From: Nitrososphaerota archaeon
GTDB taxonomy: Archaea; Thermoproteota; Nitrososphaeria; Nitrososphaerales; Nitrosopumilaceae
Direction of reading: 5' to 3'
Assembly (NCBI GenBank): GCA_028867755.1
Contig: JAGWFT010000001.1
Coordinates: 228,727 to 292,726 of the forward strand
Length of the DNA stretch: 64,000 nt
In this document: positions 9,414 through 18,554 of the stretch, in pieces
How the letters are laid out: every line of letters begins with the position of its first letter
How positions within the stretch are numbered: position 1 is the first letter of the stretch
Notes under the pieces: model-generated
Databases searched by the model: none
The model's input: the letters and a program-made list of their open reading frames with translations, nothing else
Told to the model about the DNA's origin: nothing
Program-made: the position numbers and the translations under genes

Positions 9414-12400
9414 GCATAATCTGTAAGCAAGGCCTGGCTACCATTTTCTTCTTTACCAAATACAAGTTCTAGTTCATCGAGTAAAGAGAGAACCCTGCTC
9501 CTAAGGTATGGTTCAATCCTATACTTGTCAAGCATCCTTCTTGCAAGCTTGAGATATTTTTGTACAGATGGACGCGTCATTGTTTGGATTAGCTTGTTCT
9601 CGCACTCGAGACATTTTCCCACAAGAGGAATTCTCCTGTAGCTTGCGCCACATGACGTGCACCTAAATGACTGCCCAGAATATGCCCTGAGGTTTCCCAT
9701 TATGTCAGGCAAAAGGTGGGTGGTCATTACCATAGAGACTACCTCGCTTGGGTCTACAGCGTTTATGATATCAGCAGTCCTAATTTGCATGTCAAGCTTC
9801 TCAAGGACTGATCCAAGTGTAGAATACGCACTACGCGATTTTGATGTGGTAAGAGTACTGGTAATATGGGTAAAACCATAACCGTAGAATTGTTTTTCAG
9901 TCTCTAGCCTTGACTTTAGGATCTCAATGTCTTTTATCTCACTTGCCTTTTCTTTTTGCAGTGTTGCTTCAAAAAATGATAGCGGATAGCTTGTTACTAC
10001 TTCAAAGTTGTGAGCCTGTCTTTGTACTTCTTGAGGTATAACAATTGGTTGCACAAGCAGTGGTGCATCCATCAGTCCCCCAATTCGGTCAGATAAGAAC
10101 AATCTTGAAAAATTGAGTAAGCTATCCATCAATAACATTATCGAGTCGGCATCACCATCAGCATCTCTTCTTTTTGCAGAATGCCAAACGGCAGTACCAA
10201 GACAGACTTGGGTATCAGTGTAACCAATGATTCTTCCAACAATTCCAACCGAAGTGTGCGGTGCAAGGCCAATTATCAGATGACCAACCAGGTCATCAGT
10301 AGTTTTTGCATTATAGTATGCAGGATGGGCAAATAATTTTACAAGTTCTCTGTCAAGATACTGGCAAACTAGGACAAGAGTGTCCCCACATTCTTTTGGG
10401 ATTATGACATCCTGAGTTCTTAGTTCAACTATTTGGTCTGGGTTTACAAGTGGCTTGCCATCGATGTCCTGTGTGTAACCAAGCTCTACAAGCCTTGCAG
10501 GTGTTGTGCCAATCCATGACGGTTTGAAGTGTGAGATTGGCGCGTTTGTCGCATCAAACCTGATTGTGCCGTCTTTGAATACGTTAAGGTCAAGGCTCTG
10601 TCGTATGAGACCTTTTTCCAGCGGCTCTGGAACTCGGTCTTGGTTAATGAGTTCCTTTACTCCCTTGAATGGTACCTGAGCACGAATTCCAGTTCTTTCC
10701 TGTGCAGAATAAAGCAATTCCTTGAGAGGAAATGCACGGTACGAGTGGGCATGTGCCTTTACTTTGCATTTTGGACAGCGAGATTCTTCCAATTCGTCAC
10801 GACATTTTGGGCAAACAAATGTCGTGGAGGTCTTTGTCTTGCATAGCTGGCATACTATGCTAATTGATGGTAGGTTACAGTTTTTGCATGTTCTGTTATT
10901 GATGTTACAGTAAAAGTTGGATTGTTTTGATGCCTTGAGAAGATCACGCGATGCACCGCCCTTGCTTCCAACTGGAAAGAGTGTATGCACTGGGGGTTTC
11001 ATCTTTCTAAGAGACGCCTTTTCAGGTCTTCCAACCCTTACACCAACAGCAGTTGAGAACTTGGGCCTTACCTTGATCCCAGATGATATTGAGATTATTT
11101 CCGGAACTGATAGTGTTTTGTCCAGCTGTAATGGTTTTCTGAAAAGCAGGTTGAAAAAGACCTTTGCTTCTGTATCTTTTAACATAATTTTATCACCTGC
11201 CAACTCGTGGGGGACACCAAGTTTTTCCAAGATCTCTTTTGTGTCATTTTGATAAACTACAAGATCTGGCTCTATCTTGCTTGGATTGAGGATCTTTTCT
11301 AATTCTTCAACTGTAATCTGATCCCAATAATACAGATAGTGAGGGTGTAGTCCGATTCCAAAGTTAAGTGATATTCTAAATGCCTCTTCGAGGTCTGGAA
11401 CCTTGTTTATGTAGCTTAGTAGGTTGAGGTCGTCTGGCTCGTACTTTGTGATCTTTTCTTTTAGCTCCTCAGCCCAGAACTCTTCAACATATCCAGTCGG
11501 GACAAGCTCTGCATTGTTCTCAAGAAAATCGCCATAACTTATGAGAATGTCACCAAGATGTAGAATTTTTACAATATGTGGCTTTAGATGAATTCCATGT
11601 GCAGTGTCCCTTATCTTGACTACATTTCCATTGTCTAATCTGACAACTGGGGTATCAATCGAGTCCACAAATGCTACAGTTGAAGCCTTTCCTGGGATGT
11701 CAAGTTTTATCTGCGTGCCAACAGCAATTACATGATCCAAAATTTCTGCAACAACAGGATGAACCCCAATGGATGCAAAGCCAGTATTGCATGCACGCCC
11801 GTATCGTAGTCTGAATCCGCCAAGTTTTTTTGGCATTGAAAGGACGGATCTGCCTGTAATTACCTCTCTCATTCTATGTGCTGCTGCATCCTCGTCTCCA
11901 GTCTGGATAGCACCTTTTAGGTCCTTGAGCCATTCCCATCCATCTAGCTTGAAGAGATCAATGAGTTTTAGCAACTTGCGAGACCTACCAATTAATCCAT
12001 CGTTGAGCACACGAAGTGCACCTCCACGGACACGGTTGGTGTTTATTCTTACCATGTTTCTATGGCTTACAATCTCTACCGGATCTGTATCTATACCGTT
12101 TAGCTCTACTGGTAGATTGGAAATGGTAGTTACCACATCCTCATCGGGAACATGGAATTGGAAATTTCCTACCTCTCTCTCATAGAGACGCAGTTCTTCT
12201 ACAAATCTGCCTGTCTCATCATCGTAGGAATTTGCCTTGTATTTGTCAAGCCCGGCAATCTTGCGTACATGGTCTGCAATGAGTATGGTAGATGCTGCCT
12301 CCGTGCCGCCTGCAGAGCGTATGGGCCCTGCGAACGAAACTGAGAGATAGTCTGAACCGTCGGCATTCTTTTTTATCTTAACCTCGCTTATTCCCTGAAG

Positions 12401-12787
12401 AGGGGCGATGGTAACGCCTTCAGTGACTATTGCAAGACCTACACGCACGGCTAGGTCAAGCTTTTCTTGTAGATCAGTCTCAGAATCTGAATACTTACCT
12501 TGGGCTATCTCTTCTGCAAGCTTAAGAGCGGCCAGTTCCTTTGTTGTTGTCTGGATAAGATTTCTGAGATTATCTGTGACATCTATGTCGTGCATTTTTG
12601 ATACACGATCAGAGAGGTCAAACGCTATCTTGGGCTCTACCATTCCAGAGGAATCTGCCAGTGTGGCCTTGGCAGCAGCAGCCTTTTCAAAAATAGAAAA
12701 GACCTCGTTTGATATTTTACTATAATAATTAAAATATGATTCTGGCATTGGGACTTCCTTGAGTCTCAATGCTACGTTTTCAGACAT
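9410..12787 (-). CDS. polC: DNA polymerase D large subunit DP2
   Basis: FAGPIRSAGGT, RVRGG, GFRLRYGR, KRRDADGDADS catalytic motif, Cys zinc clusters; 1125 aa, no intein evident. Confidence 0.97.
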   Translation of the reverse strand: MSENVALRLKEVPMPESYFNYYSKISNEVFSIFEKAAAAKATLADSSGMVEPKIAFDLSDRVSKMHDIDVTDNLRNLIQTTTKELAALKLAEEIAQGKYSDSETDLQEKLDLAVRVGLAIVTEGVTIAPLQGISEVKIKKNADGSDYLSVSFAGPIRSAGGTEAASTILIADHVRKIAGLDKYKANSYDDETGRFVEELRLYEREVGNFQFHVPDEDVVTTISNLPVELNGIDTDPVEIVSHRNMVRINTNRVRGGALRVLNDGLIGRSRKLLKLIDLFKLDGWEWLKDLKGAIQTGDEDAAAHRMREVITGRSVLSMPKKLGGFRLRYGRACNTGFASIGVHPVVAEILDHVIAVGTQIKLDIPGKASTVAFVDSIDTPVVRLDNGNVVKIRDTAHGIHLKPHIVKILHLGDILISYGDFLENNAELVPTGYVEEFWAEELKEKITKYEPDDLNLLSYINKVPDLEEAFRISLNFGIGLHPHYLYYWDQITVEELEKILNPSKIEPDLVVYQNDTKEILEKLGVPHELAGDKIMLKDTEAKVFFNLLFRKPLQLDKTLSVPEIISISSGIKVRPKFSTAVGVRVGRPEKASLRKMKPPVHTLFPVGSKGGASRDLLKASKQSNFYCNINNRTCKNCNLPSISIVCQLCKTKTSTTFVCPKCRDELEESRCPKCKVKAHAHSYRAFPLKELLYSAQERTGIRAQVPFKGVKELINQDRVPEPLEKGLIRQSLDLNVFKDGTIRFDATNAPISHFKPSWIGTTPARLVELGYTQDIDGKPLVNPDQIVELRTQDVIIPKECGDTLVLVCQYLDRELVKLFAHPAYYNAKTTDDLVGHLIIGLAPHTSVGIVGRIIGYTDTQVCLGTAVWHSAKRRDADGDADSIMLLMDSLLNFSRLFLSDRIGGLMDAPLLVQPIVIPQEVQRQAHNFEVVTSYPLSFFEATLQKEKASEIKDIEILKSRLETEKQFYGYGFTHITSTLTTSKSRSAYSTLGSVLEKLDMQIRTADIINAVDPSEVVSMVMTTHLLPDIMGNLRAYSGQSFRCTSCGASYRRIPLVGKCLECENKLIQTMTRPSVQKYLKLARRMLDKYRIEPYLRSRVLSLLDELELVFGKEENGSQALLTDYA

Positions 12788-12788
12788 G

Positions 12789-13538
12789 CTACTTCCTTAC
12801 GAACTGGATGGTTTTTACGATATCGGCTATTGTCTTGAAACTTCCGCCTTTTTCAATGAAGGTGCCAATTACTATGGCATCAGCACCTGCCTTGACAATC
12901 TCGCCAGCAGTCTTGGCGTTTCGTATCCCTCCGCCGACTATGAGAAATCCCTTGAAGAGTTTTCTAACAGCTGCAACCATCTCTGGCCTAACATTTGATT
13001 TTGCTCCAGAGCCTGCTTCGAGATATACAAATCTCATGCCCATGAATTGAGCAGATAAGGCGTACATGGCGGCCAAACTTGGCTTGTCAAACGGAATGGT
13101 TCTTGCAGAGCCAACATGCCATACTGTTGTACCTTCACCGATTATAATATAGGCTGTTGGTAGGGGCTCAAGTCCAAATCTGAGTACGTTCGGGGCACCT
13201 AGTGCCTGGGCCTGTGAGATAAAGTATGGGTTGTCAGAGTTCAAAAGCGAGCTAAACAGGATTGCATCTGCTCCGGGGACCACACCAGTAACATTTCCTG
13301 GAAAGAGTATTACTGGGATCTTGACAGATTTTTTGATATTTTTAACAGTCTCGGCCATGGTTAGCTGATCGGTCGCAGATGATCCTCCAACCAATATGAC
13401 TGATGCACCGTTCTTCTCTGCTTCCTTGGCAAGTTTTGATGCCGGTATGTTTCCATCATTTTCAGAGTCAATTAATACGAAAAGTAAGGCCCCCCTCTTC
13501 TTCTTGGTGGCATTCAGATAGCTTTCTACGCTTTGCAT
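12789..13538 (-). CDS. Geranylgeranylglyceryl phosphate synthase
   Basis: LIDSEN, ILVGGS, ILFPG, YLEAGSGA and VGGGIR motifs of the GGGP/PcrB family. Confidence 0.93.
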   Translation of the reverse strand: MQSVESYLNATKKKRGALLFVLIDSENDGNIPASKLAKEAEKNGASVILVGGSSATDQLTMAETVKNIKKSVKIPVILFPGNVTGVVPGADAILFSSLLNSDNPYFISQAQALGAPNVLRFGLEPLPTAYIIIGEGTTVWHVGSARTIPFDKPSLAAMYALSAQFMGMRFVYLEAGSGAKSNVRPEMVAAVRKLFKGFLIVGGGIRNAKTAGEIVKAGADAIVIGTFIEKGGSFKTIADIVKTIQFVRK

Positions 13539-13572
13539 ATGACTGGTTAATAGCTATTCATTAAAAGTTTAA

Positions 13573-13965
13573 TTGAATAAGGTTATACAGATTTGTATAG
13601 CTTTGAGTACATCCCCAGAAGAAAATTTGAATAACATAATAAGGCAAATTATAGAAAAATCATTATTTACGGAGCGTCAAATTGAAATTATTTTAAAAAG
13701 ACGGAGCCTATCAGAACATCAGTTTAGCATAACTAAGGGGGCTTTTTACAGGCAGGTCAGACAGTCCCAGGATAAGTTTGAGGCCTTGTGTTATTCCTGG
13801 ATATTGCTCAGGGCGTTAGGGGTCCTTCGTGAGGAGGATATGGATGTGATAAGTCGTCTCTCAGAACAGGTTTCTGTGATAAAAAACAGTGATGTTTTCC
13901 CTGAACGTGAGGAACAAGTCATGTCTGTGATAAAGGAGCTACTAAAACGCATGTGTAAGATGTGA
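13573..13965 (+). CDS. Hypothetical protein with possible helix-turn-helix
   Basis: FTERQIEII…ITKGAFYRQVRQ resembles a LuxR/sigma-region-4/Bat-type HTH. Confidence 0.65.
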   Translation: MNKVIQICIALSTSPEENLNNIIRQIIEKSLFTERQIEIILKRRSLSEHQFSITKGAFYRQVRQSQDKFEALCYSWILLRALGVLREEDMDVISRLSEQVSVIKNSDVFPEREEQVMSVIKELLKRMCKM

Positions 13966-14084
13966 TTTTGACCTGTGAGAGTGTTTTTGGCATGAATAAT
14001 TCGTGATAAACATGTTGTGATTGATGTGCATTGTGTGAAATTATTTTATTCAAATATGATAAATCACGTTGGTTATGATGTGTA

Positions 14085-14645
14085 GTGATGTTAGTAGACA
14101 TAGATGTAGGAATGATTTTGACCATAATTGCTTCATTTGTAATTGGTCTTGCATGTGTAGTAGCATACAACAAGATCAGGCCACGCCTAGGTTCACAAAG
14201 CAGCGATCTAAAAATTTTGGTAGAACGGCTACAATATTATGAAAATCTGTTAATAGACATGAAAATTAGGCTAGATTCATTTGAACTAGTCAAGGAACCT
14301 GAAGAACTTCCTCAGGCGCAAATTCCAAAGCCAAAGGAGCAGAAACATGAACCAGTTGTGGCTGTAGAGATAAAAGAAGAGAAGCCCAAAGAAAGGACAC
14401 ATAACATGAACTTTGGTAGTGCAACAGAGTATGTACTGCGATTAATCACAGAAAAGCCTACGACATCACGTGACATTCAGGTCACAATAGGAAGAACACG
14501 AGAACATACATCACGCATGATGAAAAAGCTTTTTGAGGAAGGCTTGGTCGAAAGGGATATGCAAACAAAGCCCTTTACCTACAAGATAACCGAGAAAGGC
14601 CTTACTAGAATAGGGACATTAAAGGAACCACCAACAATACAATAG
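14085..14645 (+). CDS. Membrane-anchored coiled-coil protein with C-terminal winged helix (MarR/ArsR-like)
   Basis: N-terminal TM segment (MILTIIASFVIGLACVVAY), coiled coil, Pro/Glu/Lys linker, then TTSRDIQ…TREHTSRMMKKLFEEGLVER…YKITEKG. Confidence 0.8.
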   Translation: MMLVDIDVGMILTIIASFVIGLACVVAYNKIRPRLGSQSSDLKILVERLQYYENLLIDMKIRLDSFELVKEPEELPQAQIPKPKEQKHEPVVAVEIKEEKPKERTHNMNFGSATEYVLRLITEKPTTSRDIQVTIGRTREHTSRMMKKLFEEGLVERDMQTKPFTYKITEKGLTRIGTLKEPPTIQ

Positions 14646-14817
14646 GTTGGCTTTTGATCTTGGTTTTGACTTAAGTTTGAGGTTTTGGTTTTGAAGGTTT
14701 TTTGGGCTGATGGAAGGTTTTAGGATTGTTTTTAGTCAAAAATGATGAAAAATCAACATAAATTATTAATCTTATTTTATTATAAAATCTTAAATTAAGG
14801 AATTTATAATATACAGC

Positions 14818-14973
14818 ATGTCAGATATGGAGCAGCTCGTAAAGATAACATCCGCGGGCACGATCTCGATCCCTAAGGATTTTAGGAGATATCTTGAACT
14901 CCAGAAGGGAGATTATATCAAAATATCAGTCGAGGGGGATCGTCTAGTTGTTAAAAAGGCAACAATCTCTTAA
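14818..14973 (+). CDS. AbrB/MazE/SpoVT-family DNA-binding protein (51 aa, not in ORF track)
   Basis: Manual translation MSDMEQLVKITSAGTISIPKDFRRYLELQKGDYIKISVEGDRLVVKKATIS* fits the AbrB pattern. Confidence 0.88.
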   Translation: MSDMEQLVKITSAGTISIPKDFRRYLELQKGDYIKISVEGDRLVVKKATIS

Positions 14974-15365
14974 GTCGTATTTTGTTCTCTTTGGGCTAGT
15001 TTGAGCACTTGATAGTCCCATTCCTTCCCTTTTCTCTCTCTGCCCATCCTTCCTTTAAGAGCAAACCTTGAGAGATATGTGGAGATCACGCTTAGTTTGA
15101 TTGGCTCTTCGTACTCGTCCTCATATTTTTCAAGAATCATAGAAGAGGTAAACTTACCCATTGGGAAGTGCTTGTCCACAATATTCCAGATTTTGGCCCC
15201 AATCGTATCAAGTTGTGCTGATTCCTCAGGTTCCTCTATGTTCATCAAATCCATTAATTCGAATATCTTTAGCATCTTTTCACGGGTAACATTACCCTCT
15301 AGGCTAAGGTTGTACTTGGCGCCTTCTGCGTCCTCTAGGTCTATTCGTATTCGTTTTCGAGCCAT
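14970..15365 (-). CDS. Conserved hypothetical protein with C-terminal winged-helix-like domain
   Basis: FTSSMILEKYE…IKLSVISTYLSRFALKGRMGRERKGKEWDY looks like a recognition helix plus wing. Confidence 0.75.
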   Translation of the reverse strand: MARKRIRIDLEDAEGAKYNLSLEGNVTREKMLKIFELMDLMNIEEPEESAQLDTIGAKIWNIVDKHFPMGKFTSSMILEKYEDEYEEPIKLSVISTYLSRFALKGRMGRERKGKEWDYQVLKLAQREQNTT

Positions 15366-15522
15366 CGTGATCGATCAGGTTAACACATCTACACTTGAAC
15401 AGATCATAGAAGAATTGTTAACAAGTAAGTTTGTTAACATTCACTGCGTAATCCACGCCTAGCCATTTTTCCCATCTTAACAGGCTTCCCTAAGCTTTTA
15501 TCCAGGGGCAGGCCAAAACTAT

Positions 15523-15546
15523 GCCTAGAGTGGAAATAAAGGGGTC
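15523..15546 (+). repeat. ORB box 1
   Basis: 24-nt sequence identical to ORB box 2; AGTGGAAA core and G-string. Confidence 0.9.
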
Positions 15547-15584
15547 CATTTAGGCATATTAACAATGTTAAGGACCATCTTCAC

Positions 15585-15608
15585 GCCTAGAGTGGAAATA
15601 AAGGGGTC
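15585..15608 (+). repeat. ORB box 2
   Basis: Exact direct repeat of ORB box 1. Confidence 0.9.
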
Positions 15609-15680
15609 ATTTTGGGCTCCTTTTAGATTCACCTTAACACCAAGTTCACTAACTGTTAATTTGGTTCCAGAAATACCCAC

Positions 15681-15702
15681 ACCCCTTTTCTTCCACTCTA
15701 GC
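15681..15702 (-). repeat. ORB box 3 (inverted)
   Basis: Reverse complement GCTAGAGTGGAAGAAAAGGGGT. Confidence 0.87.
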
Positions 15703-15838
15703 TTTATTAAAAAATATTTTTTTAAGAAAATAAAAATAATTAATGATATACTAAATTTGAATTAGTTATTCTATTCTAATCTAATTAGTATGGTAGAGTC
15801 CATATGTGGATAGAGAAGAAACAATGGTGTGTGGGTTG

Positions 15839-17047
15839 ATGACAAGAGATCCTATTGATAAATTACTTGATGATGCAGCAAGCGGTAAATCATTATTCAA
15901 AAACAGAGAGGTGTTGCATTTTACGTTCATACCAAACATGGTATTGCATAGAGATGATGAACAGAAAAAAGTTACCCAATCACTTATTCCACTGCTGAAA
16001 AAGGCCAGGCCATCAAACCTATTGATATATGGCAAACCAGGTACGGGTAAGACATTAGTTGTAAAAAAAGTACTAGATAAGATTCAAGAGCGAGTTAAGG
16101 ACGGCTCATTTCCAATACAACTGCTGTACGCAAATGCAAAGGAAGAGACCACATTATACGGACTTTTGGTAAAATTTGGCCGCCAGTTGGGACTTGCATC
16201 ACAAAAGGAGCTGCCAACAACTGGACTATCAATCAGTGAAGTCTTCAATAGGCTAATAGCAGTAATTGAAAAGAACGCCCTCAATACTGTCTTTGTAGTA
16301 GACGAGATTGATTATCTGGCAGAACTAGTATCAAAGACAGGAAAGGATGTTTTCTATTCATTAACACGAGCAAATGAGAGACTGAAAAAAGGCTCACTTA
16401 CTTTGATTGGCATATCAAACGACCTAACGTTCAAAGAAAGACTGGACCCCAGGGTTCTAAGCAGCCTAAGTGAGGAAGAGATTGTCTTTACCAACTATAC
16501 AGTTAACCAGATCAAGGAAATATTGATGGATAGGATCAAGGAAGCATTTGTTCCACACATAGTGGATCCAGCAGCCCTAAACCTATGTGCTGCAATGTCA
16601 GGCCAAGAACATGGCGATGCCAGGCGGGCAATAGACCTACTTCGTGTAGCAGGCGAGATAGCAGAACGAGAGCAGTCTGATATTGTAAAAGAAGACCAAA
16701 TTCGCAAGGCCTCTTTGAAGATGGAAGAAGATAAGGAAACAACAGCACTTAACTCATACCCCCTTCATGAAAAATTACTCATACTTGCAGTAATGAAGGC
16801 AAACGGCACCACGACAGGTGAGATATATCACTCCTACAAGAATCTCTGCAAGATCACCAGACAGAAAGAACTCACACAGCGTAGAGTCACTCAAATGCTA
16901 AGCGAGATAGAAATGACAGGATTAATCTCAGGAAAGATAGTCCATCAAGGGATGCATGGGAGAACAAAAAAATTTGCCCTGACACTAAATCCAAATACAA
17001 TAAAAAAAGCATTCAAAGAAGACTTGGCATTAGAAGATCTACTGTAA
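15839..17047 (+). CDS. cdc6: Orc1/Cdc6 replication initiator
   Basis: Walker A GKPGTGKT, Walker B VVDEID, HGDARRAIDLLR, C-terminal winged helix; start trimmed to ATG 15839. Confidence 0.97.
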   Translation: MTRDPIDKLLDDAASGKSLFKNREVLHFTFIPNMVLHRDDEQKKVTQSLIPLLKKARPSNLLIYGKPGTGKTLVVKKVLDKIQERVKDGSFPIQLLYANAKEETTLYGLLVKFGRQLGLASQKELPTTGLSISEVFNRLIAVIEKNALNTVFVVDEIDYLAELVSKTGKDVFYSLTRANERLKKGSLTLIGISNDLTFKERLDPRVLSSLSEEEIVFTNYTVNQIKEILMDRIKEAFVPHIVDPAALNLCAAMSGQEHGDARRAIDLLRVAGEIAEREQSDIVKEDQIRKASLKMEEDKETTALNSYPLHEKLLILAVMKANGTTTGEIYHSYKNLCKITRQKELTQRRVTQMLSEIEMTGLISGKIVHQGMHGRTKKFALTLNPNTIKKAFKEDLALEDLL

Positions 17048-18478
17048 TCCTTCATTTGTTTCTGTAAAGTCTTTTGTAAAGACCTTCATTGTAGCCAGGT
17101 TGATGATCATGGCTATCCCTGGTGTAGGTGTAATGCCAACACTTGCCTGGTAACCAGTCTGGCTCTGCCAAGCCCCAGAGTTTACTATCAAAGTACCCTT
17201 GTACATGTCAAGATCAACAACATGTACATGGCCAGAATGAAAAATATCTGGAACCTCATTTATCACCATGAAATCTTCAAGCTCGGGGGCAATTGGCGTT
17301 CGTTTTCCATAAATTGGGCTAAGGTGCCTTGTTCTCAATAATGCACGCATTGCCCTTGCTGGTTGTGCATAGCTCAAGCCCGGAGTAGTTCCTACTACAT
17401 CATCAAGGCTCTGACCATGGAACATCAAGACCTTTACGCCATTGAGATCCAAAAAGGCAGGATTTCCAAGCATAAAGAAATTCTCTCTATTCCACAAACT
17501 TGTGTTGTGTTTTTCTGGTATTGCAGGTTGGGGAAGCGCTCTTCTACCTGGATCGTGGTTGCCAGGAATTATGAAGGTCTTGATATGTTTTGGAATCTTG
17601 TCTAAAAGCTGTGCTGCTTTTGCCATCTGTCCGTCGATATCCATTATGAGCAACTCCTTGTCCTGGTTTGGAAAGATGCCAATCCCATCAACTATATCCC
17701 CACATATCAAGAGAAACCTAACTTTTCTTGCCACTGGATCAGGACTTGAAAGCCAAGAAATGAAATCTGTAAACTCCTTTTCCATAAAATACTGGCTGCC
17801 TATGTGAATGTCTGATATCAAAACGGCATATGTCTCAGTCTTTGAGCGATTTGCTATGTGTTCTGGAACATCTGGCACTAGGAGCTCCTTTGCGATAAAT
17901 CCACCATTCTTGCCGTTTGCAACGCCAACCATTACAAACTGGTCCATCAAGAGCGAGTTTGCAGTCTCCTGCAGCTCTTGGTTCCACACCAAAATCTCTA
18001 CAGAACCTGTCGGATCGTCTATTACTAACTTGGTGACATCACGTTCAATTTTTCTATCCATCAAGAGGCCTGCAATGAACACCTCTTCACCAAGCTTACC
18101 ATCTGTCACATTTTTAATTGGTGTAAGTTTCTTTGCCTGTGATCTCTGCATCATTATTTTAAGCAATTTTGAATACCTATCTGAAAAAAGGGCCGTAAAA
18201 CCATCTATTCCCTCTGCTGATGTGACCTTTTTTGTGGGATCAAACAATATCTCATACCTATCCTCAACACCACCATCCACTTCCGACTCTACAAACATCT
18301 TAAGGTCGCTTTGATTTATCAAAAACAAATTTTGTTTTGCCTTTTCGCGAACAATCTGTTTAATTATATTCTGAAGTTCCTTCACGTCTATTTTTTCTAA
18401 TATCTTAAAAGCATCAGGATGAATCTGAAATCCTTTACTCAATGCATATGTTATTGCCGAGGATACCTCTTCTTTCAC
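17039..18478 (-). CDS. polB: DNA polymerase D small subunit DP1 (proofreading exonuclease)
   Basis: OB fold plus phosphoesterase motifs SDIHIG, GDIVDG, PGNHD, FHG and SGHVH. Confidence 0.95.
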   Translation of the reverse strand: MKEEVSSAITYALSKGFQIHPDAFKILEKIDVKELQNIIKQIVREKAKQNLFLINQSDLKMFVESEVDGGVEDRYEILFDPTKKVTSAEGIDGFTALFSDRYSKLLKIMMQRSQAKKLTPIKNVTDGKLGEEVFIAGLLMDRKIERDVTKLVIDDPTGSVEILVWNQELQETANSLLMDQFVMVGVANGKNGGFIAKELLVPDVPEHIANRSKTETYAVLISDIHIGSQYFMEKEFTDFISWLSSPDPVARKVRFLLICGDIVDGIGIFPNQDKELLIMDIDGQMAKAAQLLDKIPKHIKTFIIPGNHDPGRRALPQPAIPEKHNTSLWNRENFFMLGNPAFLDLNGVKVLMFHGQSLDDVVGTTPGLSYAQPARAMRALLRTRHLSPIYGKRTPIAPELEDFMVINEVPDIFHSGHVHVVDLDMYKGTLIVNSGAWQSQTGYQASVGITPTPGIAMIINLATMKVFTKDFTETNEGLQ

Positions 18479-18554
18479 AAACTGTCATAATACAACTTTT
18501 AATTAAATCTGTTCGAGCTACCAACCCTCAAATAACTCCTCAAAAACAAACTCG

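Larger units (their letters stand above)
15521..15790. other. Probable chromosomal replication origin (oriC) with ORB boxes
   Basis: GCCTAGAGTGGAAATAAAGGGGTC at 15523-15546 and 15585-15608, inverted copy at 15681-15702, AT-rich tract 15703-15790, directly upstream of cdc6. Confidence 0.9.

Noticed and set aside
9410-12787. Intein in DP2 (also checked Cdc6 and Cdc48)
   Set aside because: Lengths are ordinary and no intein splice or LAGLIDADG motifs were seen
15565-15765. 66-aa ORF over the origin
   Set aside because: Translates ORB boxes and the AT tract; no protein-like features
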